A DNA stretch of 64,000 nt from Polyangiaceae bacterium (GCA_965222375.1 CBDCTZ010000016.1:2528001-2592000), one strand, 5' to 3'. Shown: positions 33,131 through 45,420, counted from the stretch's first letter. The notes: generated by a model from the sequence alone, not told the origin. A program made the numbers and translations.

Positions 33131-34123
33131 TTACTTCAGTGACTTGATGTACTCGATCATCGCTGTGATCTCGTCATCAGATAGCTGGCCCTTGTAGGTG
33201 GGCATGGCGGGAGGGAAGCCTTGAACGATCTTGGCTTGGGGTTCCAGGATCGACTCCTTGAGGTAGTTCTCGTCAACCTTGACGGTGCCTGAGGTGAGCG
33301 CTTCTTCTTTCCCCCACAGGCCCTTCATGGTGGGACCCACTTTGGGGCTTCCGTCGACGGAGTGGCAGGTCGGGCAGCCCTTCTTTTCGTAGAGCTTCTT
33401 CCCGCCCGCGGCGGAGATTTCGACCTTGCCGCAGCCAGAGAGATAGTTGTCGTAAGCTTCTTGGCTCTCCACGACGACCTTGGTGAGCATGTCCGAGTGG
33501 TTCGTGCCGCAATACTCCGTGCACTCGAGGGGGAACTCCCCGGCTTCGGTCGCAGTGAACCACAAGTCCGTGTAGCGACCCGGCACTGCATCCATCTTGA
33601 CCCTGAAGTTTGGGATCCACACTGAATGCAGCACGTCCACGCTGGAGATCACGAGGCGAACCGGCTTGTTGATAGGCACGTGCAGGACGCTGTCGTTGCA
33701 GCCGCCCGGGTGGGTGAAACTCCAGTTCCACTTCTGGCCCGTCGCGTGGATCTCCGTTGCGCCCTTTGGGGCCGTTCGCAAGTCTGCGTAGCCCTTGAAT
33801 CCAAAGTAGAAGAACGCCACCACGAACGGCAAAGGCAGAATGGACCACACGACCTCCATGGCCGTGCTGTGGTCGTGTTGGCTCTGTGCGCGATCGTTGG
33901 CGCTCCTGCCCTTGGACCGGAAATTGACGAGCAGGTAGACCATCGAGGCCACGACGGCCACGACGGCGACCACCGAGGTCCAGTAGATGAAGAAGTAGAG
34001 CCAATCGACGTCCCCAGCTCCGGAGGAGGCCTGCTTTGGCATCCAATAGGAGTCCGAATCCGGGAAAGGAGGGATCTCCGGCTGGAAGGCGGCGATTAGG
34101 GTGGCAATCAGGGGTGTCGACAT
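33131..34123 (-). CDS. ctaC: Cytochrome c oxidase subunit II with fused cytochrome c (caa3)
   Basis: [17 protein letters not shown] (CuA site), CPTCH...AMP. Start overlaps the SCO stop (TAATG). Confidence 0.95.
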   Translation of the reverse strand: MSTPLIATLIAAFQPEIPPFPDSDSYWMPKQASSGAGDVDWLYFFIYWTSVVAVVAVVASMVYLLVNFRSKGRSANDRAQSQHDHSTAMEVVWSILPLPFVVAFFYFGFKGYADLRTAPKGATEIHATGQKWNWSFTHPGGCNDSVLHVPINKPVRLVISSVDVLHSVWIPNFRVKMDAVPGRYTDLWFTATEAGEFPLECTEYCGTNHSDMLTKVVVESQEAYDNYLSGCGKVEISAAGGKKLYEKKGCPTCHSVDGSPKVGPTMKGLWGKEEALTSGTVKVDENYLKESILEPQAKIVQGFPPAMPTYKGQLSDDEITAMIEYIKSLK

Positions 34124-34983
34124 TAGGTCACCAAAGCGGGTTTGCGCTTGCGGTCCGAGATCCAAAGGGCGGCTAGGAAACCGCCGAGCAGCACCACCGC
34201 AACGGCGCCACTCACCTTCATGATGTTTCGGGCGACCGGAGCATAGCGGCCCTCGGTCTCGTCATAGTGAAAACAGTAGAGCAGGAGACGATCGACGGTG
34301 CTGCCAACCTTGCCCTCCGAGGCCTCGACTAGGGAGAGGCGGAGCGTCTTTGGGTGGTATTCCAAACCGTACAGGTAGCGAGCAACTTTTGCGCTGGGTG
34401 TCGCCACCAGGATCGCAGCGGGGTGTACCCACTCATCACGCTTTTCGTTGTAGCCGTATTGAAACCCCATGGCGTCGGCGAGAGCCCGCACGTTATTCTC
34501 CGAGCCGGTCAAGAACACCCAGCCTTTTTCGGTTCCTGGGCGACCGTACTGGGTCAGGTACCGGCTCTTAGTCTTCTTGGCCCGGGTCCAAGTCTCCTTG
34601 GGGTTGATGCTCACCGTGACGACGCGGAATTCCTTGCCCGCGGACCAGTCGAGTTGCTTCATGCCCTGGACGACACCGTTGAGCTGCATGCTGCACAGCA
34701 TCGGGCAGTCGGAGTAGTTCAGGGTCAGGATGACCGGAGCTTCTCCGTCAAAGTAGTCCTTGAGAGTGACCGGTCGACCCTCTGCGTTCGTGAAGCCGAG
34801 ATTCAAGGGTAGAGACGAGCTGAGCTTCTCGTCCACATCGATGCCATGCAGTCGCTTGGGCAGCTTCTCCGTGCGGGTCTTCCTCGGCGGCGGCTCCGTC
34901 TGCGCGTAGGCGTGCCCTGCCGGCAATGCGACCACCAGGGCTGCCAAGAGCAGCTGCCACAGAAAGCGAGAGCTACGGTGCAT
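34123..34983 (-). CDS. SCO family copper chaperone
   Basis: YSDCPMLC, WVFLTG, HPAAI, LLYCFHYD. Confidence 0.92.
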   Translation of the reverse strand: MHRSSRFLWQLLLAALVVALPAGHAYAQTEPPPRKTRTEKLPKRLHGIDVDEKLSSSLPLNLGFTNAEGRPVTLKDYFDGEAPVILTLNYSDCPMLCSMQLNGVVQGMKQLDWSAGKEFRVVTVSINPKETWTRAKKTKSRYLTQYGRPGTEKGWVFLTGSENNVRALADAMGFQYGYNEKRDEWVHPAAILVATPSAKVARYLYGLEYHPKTLRLSLVEASEGKVGSTVDRLLLYCFHYDETEGRYAPVARNIMKVSGAVAVVLLGGFLAALWISDRKRKPALVT

Positions 34984-35563
34984 CGTCGGTGGGGGGAGGC
35001 GCTGGGGGCGGTGGCGCTGGGGCCTCAGGGGTCTCGGGCTGGGGTTGGGTGGGTGGAGGAGGCTTTGGTGCTTCGGGTGCGGGTGCTTCGGGTGCGGGTG
35101 CTTCGGGTGCGGGCGTTTCGGGCTTGGGTGCCTCGGGAGCTCCCTCGGTGCCCTCGCCTTCAGGCGCCGTTTCCTCATCCGCGGCCTCTCCGTCGGCGCC
35201 ACCATCCGCGGCTGCGTCCGCGTCTGCATCGGCGCCAGCGTCGGGCTTTTCCGGCGCGTAGGGAGTTGCGCTCTGCGGGTCCGCCTTGAGGCCCGCAGCC
35301 GTAAGCTCTATGGCGCGCGCTACCGGCAGGCTGACGTGGCCCTTGCCTTTGTCCACCCAGGCGGCTGGCTTGTCCAGCTCCTCGAGCTGCGCCTTCTTGG
35401 CGTTCAGCAGCTCATTCTCCGAAACCTTGGAGATTGCACTGGCGTCCGTCTCGTCGCGCACCAGCGCCGTGAGCACGAGCGAGACCGCGAGCACCGCCAC
35501 CGTCAGGACCGCCACGAGCGTTCCAACGGCACCTGCGTTTACATTGTCCGATTCTGTCGCCAT
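34973..35563 (-). CDS. ActG-like single-TM protein with Pro/Glu/Ala tail
   Basis: Lies between actF and SCO; one TM segment; WVDKGKGHVSLPVARAIE. Confidence 0.65.
   Translation of the reverse strand: MATESDNVNAGAVGTLVAVLTVAVLAVSLVLTALVRDETDASAISKVSENELLNAKKAQLEELDKPAAWVDKGKGHVSLPVARAIELTAAGLKADPQSATPYAPEKPDAGADADADAAADGGADGEAADEETAPEGEGTEGAPEAPKPETPAPEAPAPEAPAPEAPKPPPPTQPQPETPEAPAPPPPAPPPTDDAP
35067..35111 (-). repeat. 15-nt tandem repeat x3 (APEAP)
   Basis: ggtgcttcgggtgcg repeated three times. Confidence 0.9.
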
Positions 35564-35582
35564 CTGCTTCAGTGCTCCACGA

Positions 35583-36818
35583 TCAGAAGTTCTCGAACGC
35601 CAACGACTTGGGAAGCCGCGGGTCCTTGACCGGTACGAGTCGAACCCGCTTTGCCTGCATCGCGGCGCTGGCCAAGAACAAGCCCAACACGCCGACTACG
35701 GCGGTGACATCCATGGCGAGGTCGCCGAGGGGAAGTGTCTTCTCGTGCAGCACGGGTTTCACCAGCCAGTACATGTCGAGGTAGTGCACGACCAGGATCC
35801 AAACCGCCCAAAAGCCCAGCGTCTTCTTGTTGCGTTTGATGTGCCTCGAGAGCAGCCCGAAGAACGGCAACACGAAGTTGAGTACCAACAACGCTCCAGA
35901 AACGACCTTCCAGTCACCCTCGAAGCGTAGCTTGTACCAGAAGGTCTCTTCGGGGACGTTCGCGTACCAAATCAGCATGAACTGGGAGAACGCGATGTAC
36001 GCCCAGAACACGGTGAAGGCGAACATCATCTTGCCGAGGTCGTGATAGTGCTCGATGGTCACGCTCTTCTTCAGCACGCCCTGCTTTTGGGCCCACATCA
36101 GGATCAGGGCGAACATGGAGTGGAAGCTGACGACCGCGCCGGCGAAGAAGTACACGCCGAAGATGGTGGAAAACCACGCTGGCTCTAGCGTCATCAAGAA
36201 ATCGATGGCTGCGAAAGTCAGCGTCAGCGCCAAGAAGATCATGCCTGGAGCGCTGACGGCTTTCATTCGGAGGTTCAGGGCTTGCGGCTCTTTGCTTTGG
36301 TCCTGAGCAAGGCTGGTCTTGAAGAAGAAGTGGCTGAGAAGCACCCAGAAGCCGAAGTAGATGCCGCAGCGCACCAAGAAAAAGGTGACATTCAGGTACG
36401 GCGCCTTGTGATGCAGCAGGTGGTCTGCATGCACCGTTTCCTCGTTGACCCAAATGTAGAGGGCGTCGTTGCCCATCGCCGTGGGAATGATGATGGGAAG
36501 GGCAAGCACGGCCATGAGCGGCATGCTCTGAGCCATGAGCTCTCCGACGCGGCGCAGCGCGATGCTCCACTTGGCGTTGACCAAGTGCTGCAGGGTGACC
36601 CACCAGAGTGCGCCGATCGCGATGCTTAGAATCCACGCATATGCCGTGAGATAGCTGAGCAGGAAGCGTTTGGTATCGCCGGTGTAGCCCAGCCCCAAGC
36701 AAGCCAAAAGTGAGAGGGCACCGATACCGCCGCCGATCTTGACGACGGAGTCCGCGGCACTGCCCACGCGGATGTTGTCGCCGAAGTCGTCCTTCTTGGT
36801 TTTCTTTTCGTCAGCCAT
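35583..36818 (-). CDS. actF: Alternative complex III subunit ActF
   Basis: KAPYLN..FF..R, WFSTIFG, HDLGK, FSQFMLIWYANVPEE. Confidence 0.92.
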   Translation of the reverse strand: MADEKKTKKDDFGDNIRVGSAADSVVKIGGGIGALSLLACLGLGYTGDTKRFLLSYLTAYAWILSIAIGALWWVTLQHLVNAKWSIALRRVGELMAQSMPLMAVLALPIIIPTAMGNDALYIWVNEETVHADHLLHHKAPYLNVTFFLVRCGIYFGFWVLLSHFFFKTSLAQDQSKEPQALNLRMKAVSAPGMIFLALTLTFAAIDFLMTLEPAWFSTIFGVYFFAGAVVSFHSMFALILMWAQKQGVLKKSVTIEHYHDLGKMMFAFTVFWAYIAFSQFMLIWYANVPEETFWYKLRFEGDWKVVSGALLVLNFVLPFFGLLSRHIKRNKKTLGFWAVWILVVHYLDMYWLVKPVLHEKTLPLGDLAMDVTAVVGVLGLFLASAAMQAKRVRLVPVKDPRLPKSLAFENF

Positions 36819-36836
36819 GAGACAAATCGCTTTCGA

Positions 36837-38069
36837 TTACTTGAGCGAAGCCCGATCCGCTTCCGGCAGATCCGCAATGTTGCTTTGACGACTGCGCTGC
36901 AACGCGCGCAAGTACATGATGATCGACCAGCGGTCCTCGGTTGGAATCAGCTGACCGTAGCCAGCCATGTTGCGCACGCCGTTGGACGCCGCGTCGAAGA
37001 GCTGCCCAACGGGCATGAAGCGCAGATAGTCTTGGTGTAGATTTGTTGGCGGGATCCAGGTTCCCTCTGCGAGGTTCGTGGCACGAGTCGCTATTGGACC
37101 GTCGCCATTACCGCTCAGGCCGTGACACGGAGCGCAGTAGATGCCGTAGCGCTCCTTGCCCCGCTCGATGTTTTCGGTCGTGGGTTCGATTGCCGGTGGG
37201 AACGTGCGTGCCCAAGCGCCGTTTTCCTTGCCAACATAGAGGTGGTCGTCGTCGCGCAGCTCGCCCACGGCGACGGTGCCTGGCACATCTGGTCGCTCCG
37301 CGCGCCCGTCGGCGAAGATGGTGTTCTCCTGCTGCGCTTGGTACTTCAGCTGCCAATCCATGTCCCCCATGACGTGGATCCGCGTGGCCTCAGTCTTCGC
37401 CGCCCGCGCCTTCGCGATGAAGGCGAAGGGCACCAAGGACGCGGCCCCCAGGACGACCAGGGCGTAGATGATTCCGGAAGGAAGCTTGCCGGAGCTGCTG
37501 CGATCCTCACGCACCATGTCCAATACCGCCGGATTGGTTTCGGCAAGTAACTGATGGGTTGCGTCTTCGTCGAAGCGGGGGTCGGCCGCTTCGATCAGGA
37601 GGAAGAACCTATCGTCGGTGACCCGGGCGAAGCGCTTCTTGAGATCCAACGGATGTGAGGGCTGCGGCAGGTTGTTCAAGGCCAACATGCCGAAGAGCGC
37701 AGCGAAGGCGCTGAGCAGCACCGTCAGCTCGAAGTAGATTGGGACGTTCGCTGGGATGCTCCAGAAGGGTTTGCCAGAGCTGATGAACTTGTAGTCGAAG
37801 GCGTTGGCGTACCACTGCAGCAGAATGGCTGTGGTCAGGCCCGTGAGCCCCGCCGCCAGGACGATCCACGGCAGCCGCGTCATCTTGATACCCATGGCTG
37901 GGTCGATGCCGTGAATCGGGAAGGGCGTGTACGTGTCCCACTTCTCGAAGCCGGCGTCCCGAATCTTCTTGGACGCCGTGACCAACTCACCGGGGGTGTC
38001 GTACTCAGCGAGGATCCCGTGAACGGGAGCAGCGCCAGTTTCGTCAGGGGTGTGTTTCGTGTCAGCCAT
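36837..38069 (-). CDS. actDE: Fused ActD (DUF3341)-ActE monoheme cytochrome c
   Basis: DTYTPFPIHG and FELTVL (ActD); DMDWQLKY and CAPCHG...GVRNM (ActE). Confidence 0.9.
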   Translation of the reverse strand: MADTKHTPDETGAAPVHGILAEYDTPGELVTASKKIRDAGFEKWDTYTPFPIHGIDPAMGIKMTRLPWIVLAAGLTGLTTAILLQWYANAFDYKFISSGKPFWSIPANVPIYFELTVLLSAFAALFGMLALNNLPQPSHPLDLKKRFARVTDDRFFLLIEAADPRFDEDATHQLLAETNPAVLDMVREDRSSSGKLPSGIIYALVVLGAASLVPFAFIAKARAAKTEATRIHVMGDMDWQLKYQAQQENTIFADGRAERPDVPGTVAVGELRDDDHLYVGKENGAWARTFPPAIEPTTENIERGKERYGIYCAPCHGLSGNGDGPIATRATNLAEGTWIPPTNLHQDYLRFMPVGQLFDAASNGVRNMAGYGQLIPTEDRWSIIMYLRALQRSRQSNIADLPEADRASLK

Positions 38070-38077
38070 GACTCACC

Positions 38078-39451
38078 TCAGTGATGATCTCCGCCAGCGT
38101 GTGCCGATGGCACCGCGGCTTTGACCTCGGCCATCGCCACCATGGGTAGGTAGCGGCAGAACAGCAGGAACAGCGTGAAGAACAGTCCGAAGCTGCCGGC
38201 GAGGGTTGCGTAGTCCCAGGGGGTCGGGACGAGATAGCCCCAGGAGGAGGGCAAGAAGTCCCGCGCCATCGAGGTCACGATGATGACGAAGCGCTCGAAC
38301 CACATCCCAATGTTCACGACCACGCCGACCAGGAAGATGACCCACACGTTGGTGCGGGCTTTCTTGAACCAGAAGACCTGCGGGGAGATGACGTTGCAGG
38401 CGATCATCGTCCAGTAGGACCAGCTGTAGTTGCCGAAGAGTCGATTGACGAAGGCGAAGCCCTCGTAGGTGCTACCGCTGTACCAGGCGATGAAGAACTC
38501 CATCCCGTAGGCGTATCCAACCATCATGCCCGTCGCGAGGATGATCTTGGCCATCAGCTCGAGGTGGCTGATGGTGATGATTCGCTTGAGCCCGAAGAAC
38601 TGCCGAGCCGGAACCGCCAGGGTTACGACCATCGCGAAGCCCCCGAAGATGGCGCCGGCGACAAAGTAGGGGGGGAAGATCGTGGTGTGCCAGCCAGGGA
38701 TCTGCGCTGTAGCGAAGTCGAAAGAAACGACGCTGTGCACGCTGAGCACCAGAGGCGTGGCTAGGGCCGCCAAGATCAAGTAGGCGCGCTCGTAGCGGTG
38801 CCACTGCCGGCTGGAGCCTCGCCAGCCCATGGCGAAGGCACCGTAGAGGAAGCGTCGAATCGACGAGGTCGAGCGATCTCGGAAGGTCGCCAAGTCCGGA
38901 ATCATGCCCATGTACCAGAACAGGAGGCTCACGGTGGCGTAGGTGCCGACCGCGAACACGTCCCACTCGAGCGGGCTGCGGAATTGCGGCCACATGCCCA
39001 TCGAGTTCGGGATGGGGAACATCCAGTACGGCAACCAGGGTCGGCCCACGTGCAAGCCGGGGAACACCGCAGCGCAAACGACTGCGAAGATGGTCATCGC
39101 TTCGGCGAAGCGGTTGATTGCGGTGCGCCAAGTCTGGCGCAGTAAGTACAGAATCGCGCTGATCAGCGTACCGGCGTGGCCGATTCCGACCCAGAACACG
39201 AAGTTGACGATGGGGAAGCCCCAGAAAGTCGGGTTGGTATTGCCCCAGATCCCGATGCCGGACCAGAACAGCCAGGCGATGCTCGCGCCGAAAAGTCCCA
39301 ACAGGCCGAGCGCGAAAGCGAAGGCGATGTACCAGCCTCGGGGCGGCTTCGGGGTCTCCGTGACGCGCGACACATTGTGGGTAATGCGCGCAAACTCGTT
39401 GTCGCCCTTGGGCGCCTCGATGAATGGGTTGACGTCGCTAACCACAGCCAT
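38078..39451 (-). CDS. actC: Alternative complex III subunit ActC (NrfD family)
   Basis: [46 protein letters not shown]. Confidence 0.95.
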   Translation of the reverse strand: MAVVSDVNPFIEAPKGDNEFARITHNVSRVTETPKPPRGWYIAFAFALGLLGLFGASIAWLFWSGIGIWGNTNPTFWGFPIVNFVFWVGIGHAGTLISAILYLLRQTWRTAINRFAEAMTIFAVVCAAVFPGLHVGRPWLPYWMFPIPNSMGMWPQFRSPLEWDVFAVGTYATVSLLFWYMGMIPDLATFRDRSTSSIRRFLYGAFAMGWRGSSRQWHRYERAYLILAALATPLVLSVHSVVSFDFATAQIPGWHTTIFPPYFVAGAIFGGFAMVVTLAVPARQFFGLKRIITISHLELMAKIILATGMMVGYAYGMEFFIAWYSGSTYEGFAFVNRLFGNYSWSYWTMIACNVISPQVFWFKKARTNVWVIFLVGVVVNIGMWFERFVIIVTSMARDFLPSSWGYLVPTPWDYATLAGSFGLFFTLFLLFCRYLPMVAMAEVKAAVPSAHAGGDHH

Positions 39452-39454
39452 GGC

Positions 39455-42400
39455 TCACACCAGCTCCGGGTTCGGGTTCTTCACGCGCGCCAGATAGCGC
39501 ACACGCGGTCGGTTGTTGTACTCATCCAGCAGGCCGTAGGAGCGTGGCGAGTGCTGTTTGGCGGCGACCTTGCTGCCCGAGTCGTTCAGGTCGCCGAAGA
39601 CGATGGCGTCCGTGGGGCAGGTTTGCTGGCACGCCGTCGTGACGGCTCCGTCTGGGATTGCCTGCTTGGCGTTCTTCGCCTTGATCTTGGTCTTCTGGAT
39701 GCGTTGCACGCAGAAGGTGCACTTTTCCATCACGCCGCGAGCACGCAGGCTGACCTCGGGGTTGAACACCATGCTCTTGATGCGCGCGTCGTCGTCTTTG
39801 AAGCCGTGGTAGGGCGTGGTGCCCTGGATGTCCAAGTTGTAGTTTAGGTAGTTGAAGCGCCGCACCTTGTAGGGGCAGTTGGCCGCGCAGTAGCGGGTGC
39901 CGATGCAGCGGTTGTAGACCATGTCATTGAGCCCCTCGTGGCTGTGCATGGTCGCGCCCACCGGACAGACTTGTTCGCAGGGCGCGTTCTCGCACTGCAT
40001 GCAGGGTAGTGGTTGCCACGCCAGCTCCGGTTCATCCGGGGGGCCCCGGAAGTAACGATCCACGCGCAGCCACAGCAGCTCGCGACCTCGTGCAACCTCC
40101 TCTTCGCCCACGGAGGGAACGTTGTTTTCAGCCTGGCAGGCCGTGACGCAGGCCGAGCAACCGATGCACTTGCCCATGTCGATGCTCATGCCCCACTTGT
40201 GCCCGTCGTAGGACACGGGGGCTTCCCAGAGATTCAGTAGCGGCGGGTGGTGCACGGCGTGCTTGGCGAAGTCGGGCTCCTTCTTGTAGGTCGCTAGATC
40301 CGTCTCTCGAATCAGCATGGCGTCCTTCGTAGAGAGCTTCTTGCTGCCGTCGGGCTGCTTCTTGTAGCCCAGCCGGTACTGCGCGCCGTCTTGACCGACT
40401 TGGTCGATGCTGTGCACGTCTTGGGTCGTCGCCATGCGCTTCTTTGCAGCACCTGGGGTGACCTGCAGCCCGCCGACGAACTCGTGGGCCTCGCTCGTGC
40501 GCAGCGTGTAGGCGTTGGCGCCCACGGTTGGTATGTTCTTGTCTTCCAATCCGCCGACGCGCCCGGCTCGAGTACGGCCATAGCCTAGGGCCAAGTGCAC
40601 GGAGCCTTTGGCCATGCCGGGCACAATCATGGCGAAGGTGGGCAGGGTCTTGCCGCCGACGGTCAAGGAAACCGCTTGGCCGTCAACGGCTCCGACGGCG
40701 GCGGCAGTCGCAGGCGCCATGAGCGCGGCATTGCCCCAGGTCAACTTGGTGATGGACTCGGGCAGCTCCTGTAGCCAAGAATTGTTCCCAAAGCGGCCAT
40801 CGAGGACTTTGTTGTCGGTGATGAAGCACAGCTCGAGCTGGCCATTGCCCGCCTCGAGCGCTCCTTTCTCACGCTCTGACAGGGCGACTGGCGCGAGGTC
40901 CTTCAGCTCGGGAGTTACGCGCTCGAGCTTGGGGCCCGATACGAAGCCATCGTGAATGGCGCGGCGGAGCTTGCGGGGGCTCCCCAACGCGTCCCGGTGG
41001 GTGTGTTTCACGAGGTCGAGGCCGTCCGCTGGGCTCTGACCCAGCAAGGTCGCCAGCACCTCGATGCCGCTCTTGCCGCCGAACAGGGGCGCAATCAATG
41101 GTTGCTGAATGCTGACGGTGCCGTCGGGTGCGATCACGTCGCCCCAGCTCTCGAGCCAATGGGCTTCGTTGACGTGCCAACCGCACAGCTTGCCGGTCTC
41201 GTCGTCGTAGAGACCGACGTGGACCGTCGTTGCCGCTTTGCCGATCCCGGCGGCGAAGTTGAAGTCCGCTGGCGCCGTGTATGCGGGGTTCGCGCCCAGG
41301 ACGATCAGCGTGCTGATCTTTCCCCCGTTCAGATCCGCAGCAAGGGCTTTCAGATCCGCCAAGCGCGTGGGCGCTTCACCACGAGGGTCCTCGGTATAGA
41401 AAACCGTCTTGCCAACGTTCTCCAGTTTGGCGTTCAGGCGGGCGACGATCGCGTGGACTTCCGGAGGCTGGTGTTCTCCGGCTGCGATCAAAGAGCGGCC
41501 CTTTGCTGCCGCCAGGTCCTTGGCCATCACTTCCAGGAACTTGGCGACCTTGGGATCACTCAAGAAGGCAGCGCCGGGCTTCGGCTGCGCGCCACTGGCG
41601 CCCACACTGCTGCTCACCTGAGCGTCGAGGGCCGCGGCGAACGCTTTGATCAGTTCGGTACGCAGTGCCAAGCGATGATCCGCGATGCTGCCGAGGCGAG
41701 TGTAGCCGCCCTCCACTGCGTAGAGCCGGCTCATATTCGAATCGGGATCACGACGCTTGATGGCGGCCGCGGCGTTGGCGAGGCCGTTGGGATACAGTTC
41801 GCTGAGGATGTCTCCGTCGAGGGTCAAAACGACGTTAGCCGCCGAGAGATCGAAGTGAACGCGGTGGGCGGTCCCGAATGCCTGTAGGGTGCCCCGGCGC
41901 GTTCCTTCCCCGTCGGAAGCCTCCCACTCGACCCAACGAGCCTTGGGCAGCATGGTGGCGAACTTCTTCTTCAGCTCGGCCCGGGTTGGCGACGAGCTGG
42001 CCCCCAGAACGACGGCTAGACCTTCACCGCCCCTGCCCTTGGCCTCGCCGACGTGGGAGCGGATGAAGGCTGCAAAGTCATCCCAGGTCTTCTTGTCGGA
42101 GCCCTGCCGTGGATTGCGGCTGCGATCCGGATCGTAAACGTCCAGCACTTGTGCTTGGTGCACGGCGCCAAGAGCGCCCAAGCTGGAGGATTGGGCGACG
42201 TTGCCCTCTAACTTGATGGGGCGCCCGTCGTAGCTGGTTGCGTGCACACCGAGCGCAACGCCAGCGATGTCCACGGCGGTCGCGAACCTGCGTGTCTCGC
42301 CCGGGATGCGCCCTTCCTGCGACTTGCTCGGTGCGAGCACCTTGTCTTCGTGCCAGCGACAGCCGGCGGCAGCGGCCAGAGCTGAGCCCGCGCCGATGAC

Positions 42401-42556
42401 CTGCATGAAGCGGCGACGTGCCGGGGAGCTCGGCTCAGCGTCCGGAGGGGTCTCGAACTCACGAGCTGCCCGTTCCAGGAACTCGGGCGAGTTCTCATGC
42501 TCCGGCAAGCTCCGCCAGTACTCGGGGCTTTGAGGGTCTTTCTTCAGCGATGACAT
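39455..42556 (-). CDS. actB: Alternative complex III subunit ActB (Tat-exported molybdopterin-like + Fe-S)
   Basis: [44 protein letters not shown]. Start at ATG 42556. Confidence 0.95.
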   Translation of the reverse strand: MSSLKKDPQSPEYWRSLPEHENSPEFLERAAREFETPPDAEPSSPARRRFMQVIGAGSALAAAAGCRWHEDKVLAPSKSQEGRIPGETRRFATAVDIAGVALGVHATSYDGRPIKLEGNVAQSSSLGALGAVHQAQVLDVYDPDRSRNPRQGSDKKTWDDFAAFIRSHVGEAKGRGGEGLAVVLGASSSPTRAELKKKFATMLPKARWVEWEASDGEGTRRGTLQAFGTAHRVHFDLSAANVVLTLDGDILSELYPNGLANAAAAIKRRDPDSNMSRLYAVEGGYTRLGSIADHRLALRTELIKAFAAALDAQVSSSVGASGAQPKPGAAFLSDPKVAKFLEVMAKDLAAAKGRSLIAAGEHQPPEVHAIVARLNAKLENVGKTVFYTEDPRGEAPTRLADLKALAADLNGGKISTLIVLGANPAYTAPADFNFAAGIGKAATTVHVGLYDDETGKLCGWHVNEAHWLESWGDVIAPDGTVSIQQPLIAPLFGGKSGIEVLATLLGQSPADGLDLVKHTHRDALGSPRKLRRAIHDGFVSGPKLERVTPELKDLAPVALSEREKGALEAGNGQLELCFITDNKVLDGRFGNNSWLQELPESITKLTWGNAALMAPATAAAVGAVDGQAVSLTVGGKTLPTFAMIVPGMAKGSVHLALGYGRTRAGRVGGLEDKNIPTVGANAYTLRTSEAHEFVGGLQVTPGAAKKRMATTQDVHSIDQVGQDGAQYRLGYKKQPDGSKKLSTKDAMLIRETDLATYKKEPDFAKHAVHHPPLLNLWEAPVSYDGHKWGMSIDMGKCIGCSACVTACQAENNVPSVGEEEVARGRELLWLRVDRYFRGPPDEPELAWQPLPCMQCENAPCEQVCPVGATMHSHEGLNDMVYNRCIGTRYCAANCPYKVRRFNYLNYNLDIQGTTPYHGFKDDDARIKSMVFNPEVSLRARGVMEKCTFCVQRIQKTKIKAKNAKQAIPDGAVTTACQQTCPTDAIVFGDLNDSGSKVAAKQHSPRSYGLLDEYNNRPRVRYLARVKNPNPELV

Positions 42557-43224
42557 GTGGAGCAATCCTCGGACGGGTTGATGTTGTTGTCCTCGCGGAA
42601 CTTCTTGCCGAACTCGACGGGATCGCCCTCCGGGGCCCAAGTCATGTTCGTGGCTTCGCTCGGCGGGCGGAGGTGCTTTTCCGGTGCACGGTGGCAATCC
42701 AGGCACCAGCCCATGCTCATGGATTCGACCTGGTGGACCTTCACCATCTTGTCCACCCGACCGTGACAGCTCACACAACCCACACCGCGGGTCACGTGGG
42801 CGCTGTGGTCGAAGTAGACGTAGTCGGGAAGATCGTGGACCTTGATCCACTGAATGGACTCTCCGTCTTCCTTGCAGCTGCGCGTCTTGTCGGACCAGTC
42901 ACAGCTCTCGCGCAGGGTGGCGAGCTGTGGGCTCTTGGTCTTCACCCGAGAGTGGCAGTTCATGCACGTTGCCGTGGAGGGGATTGCCGAATGGGCCGCC
43001 CGATCCACGGTGTTGTGGCAATACCTGCAGTCGAGCCCCAACTGGCCCACATGCAGCTCATGGCTGTACGCTATGGGTTGCTTCGGCTGATAGCCGACGT
43101 CAGTGGTTTTCGGTGAGAAGCCATACCAGACCAGTCCGGTCAGGTAGAGCGGTGCGATGCCCAATACAGCGCCTGCGATGGGACGCGTCTTGTTGGCCCA
43201 ACGGGGAAATCTGAACAGCTTCAT
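42544..43224 (-). CDS. actA: Alternative complex III pentaheme cytochrome ActA
   Basis: Five CxxCH motifs (CRYCH, CMNCH, CVSCH, CLDCH, CSTCH); QPIAYSH; MGWCL. Confidence 0.95.
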   Translation of the reverse strand: MKLFRFPRWANKTRPIAGAVLGIAPLYLTGLVWYGFSPKTTDVGYQPKQPIAYSHELHVGQLGLDCRYCHNTVDRAAHSAIPSTATCMNCHSRVKTKSPQLATLRESCDWSDKTRSCKEDGESIQWIKVHDLPDYVYFDHSAHVTRGVGCVSCHGRVDKMVKVHQVESMSMGWCLDCHRAPEKHLRPPSEATNMTWAPEGDPVEFGKKFREDNNINPSEDCSTCHR

Positions 43225-43800
43225 CGCTCCGGACCCGTTTTGATCGACCCAGCGGCTTCACGCTGCCGCCGGTGTCTGTTCATTGTTGGAAGTCGGCTCA
43301 TCGACTCTGCCTCTCTCGCTCGCGCGTGAGGTCGGTTCGAGGCCCTTTTCAGGGCGCCCCCCGGTAACACGTTCGGGGGCCTTTTGGCGACAGAAGATGG
43401 GCCTGCCGCGCAATTTTGCCGCCGCCGGATGGGGGATGGCGATCAGAATGCGCAATGCTTGCGCAAGCGATCATGCACGCAGTTTTCAAGCGCTGGCGAA
43501 CGCGTCAGCGGATACAACAACGTCTGTCGCTTGGGACGCCGGTGTTATGCGGCTCCCGCGGCCAAATGTAAAGCCTCGTCGCCGCCGGATGGAGCGCGCA
43601 GAAAAACGCTTCCACGACGAAGGTTTGAACGCCACTCAGCGCGGCGGCTGGTCGCAATACACTTCGGCGAGCTCGGGCGAGCCATGCGGTGGCGATGCAT
43701 CGAGTCGACACCCGCGGCGCTGCCTAGCGACGGCCGGAGACAGTGGCCGCCCCAGAGCGCGCGGCTCACCCGGGAGCCGCAATAATGCTGCGAGCGCGAC

Positions 43801-45162
43801 TCAGAAGTCGCGCATCTGCTTGCGGATCTTGCCGATCGCTTGCTCTTGCAACTGACGAATACGCTCTCGAGAGAGATTGTACTTGTCGCCAATCTCTTTG
43901 AGGGTGAGTTCGTCTTCGTTGTCGAGCCCGAAACGCCAGCGGATGATCCGTGACTCGATAGGAGTCAAAGTGCCGAGCAGACGTTGGACCTCTTCTGCCC
44001 ACTTCTGGTTCGCGAGGCAGTCGTAGGGCGACAGACTATTTTCCTCGACGAGGAAGTCGAGGAAGCGACGCCCGTCCTCGTCTCCCACGGGGCGGTCGAG
44101 GGAAAACGGAGTGTCAGCGTATAGGTCCTTCACCTTGTCGAGCTTCTCCCGAGGCACACCGGTTTCCTTTTCCAGTTCCTCTGGGGTGGGCTCGCGGCCG
44201 GTTCGCGCAATGATGGTTTGAGTCGCTCGGGACACGCGGTTGTAGGTATCGAGCATGTGCACCGGAATGCGAACCGCTCGGCCCTTGTCGGCCAGCGCCC
44301 GGCTGATAGCGTGGCGGATCCACCAGGACGCGTAGGTCGAGAAGCGGTAGCCACGGGTATGGTCGAAGCGCTCCACGGCCTTCATCAGACCGATATTGCC
44401 CTCCTGAATCAAATCGATCAGGGGCAGGCGTCCGCGGTTGTAGCGCCGCGCAATACTCACGACGAGGCGCAGGTTCGCCTTCACGAAGCGGTTCTTTGCC
44501 GTGCGCTGCACGCGATCCGTGCGGCGTACCGACGCGAGATAGCGTTTGTATGCGGGCGTCTCGGGAATGATCGCGCGTCCGCTGCCGTCCGTGGGAGCCT
44601 TGATGACTTCTGTTGCGGTCTTGGCCGCATTGGCCATCCAAATCCGATCGGAATCCGGCAAACGCACTTCACGCGCAAGCCCTTCGCACAGAACAGCCCA
44701 ATTGCGCTGCTGTTCTGCGCGCAGCTTCGAGCGCTGCTTCTTGTACAGCTTGAGCAGCTTGCGCAGCTCATCCCGCTGCTTTGCCGGCGGTCGGTCATCC
44801 TCGTTCAGCGTGAGGATGTCGCCGTCCAGCTGTTCGAGCAAAATGGCGGCGGCTGGCAGGTAGGACAGCAGAGCGACCCAATGGTTGACCTCGGCTTGCT
44901 CGACGTCTTGTGCCGTCTGCAGCTCTTCATCCGGACCCATCACTTGGTGGGTGGCCATGTCGCGGAAATATCGCGACAGCATGGTGTCGTTATTCGATTC
45001 GACCGACGGGCGCGGCTTGCCGGTTTCGTTGGCTGCCGCTGCGCGCAGGCTGGCTTCAGGACTGCTGTCTGCACGTAGAATGGCTGGGCGCGACCTGATG
45101 GACGTTTGCTCGTCGTGTTCTTCCACGGCGGCGATGTTTTGGGCGGTGCGGCTTCGGGACAT
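43801..45162 (-). CDS. RNA polymerase sigma70 factor, RpoD-like (group 2; no region 1.1)
   Basis: [47 protein letters not shown]...SRERIRQ. Confidence 0.95.
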   Translation of the reverse strand: MSRSRTAQNIAAVEEHDEQTSIRSRPAILRADSSPEASLRAAAANETGKPRPSVESNNDTMLSRYFRDMATHQVMGPDEELQTAQDVEQAEVNHWVALLSYLPAAAILLEQLDGDILTLNEDDRPPAKQRDELRKLLKLYKKQRSKLRAEQQRNWAVLCEGLAREVRLPDSDRIWMANAAKTATEVIKAPTDGSGRAIIPETPAYKRYLASVRRTDRVQRTAKNRFVKANLRLVVSIARRYNRGRLPLIDLIQEGNIGLMKAVERFDHTRGYRFSTYASWWIRHAISRALADKGRAVRIPVHMLDTYNRVSRATQTIIARTGREPTPEELEKETGVPREKLDKVKDLYADTPFSLDRPVGDEDGRRFLDFLVEENSLSPYDCLANQKWAEEVQRLLGTLTPIESRIIRWRFGLDNEDELTLKEIGDKYNLSRERIRQLQEQAIGKIRKQMRDF

Positions 45163-45420
45163 GGGTCCTCTGGGAGTGTTTGGGGGTGTCAGAGGGCGTT
45201 TGACACCCGTAGGGCCAACGAAACGTCACGCGAGGGGGGATTCCCGTGACGGGAGGCTGGCCGGGGCGGCGGGCGGGTGACGACCCCAGGGGGGCCGGAG
45301 GCGGATTGGTTGGGAACCAGGGAAATTTGGCTGCAATCTTCATGCCCGGGGTTGGGCGGGATGACGTGCGCTTGAAACTCTTTCCGGGGGCTGGCGCTCG
45401 TCGTACAGGTAGTCGGGTTC

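Noticed and set aside
42556..42850. N-terminal extension of ActB (also of SCO, pheS and rpmI) in the ORF track
   Set aside because: Extensions overlap upstream genes or leaders. Family-typical N-termini begin at later starts.
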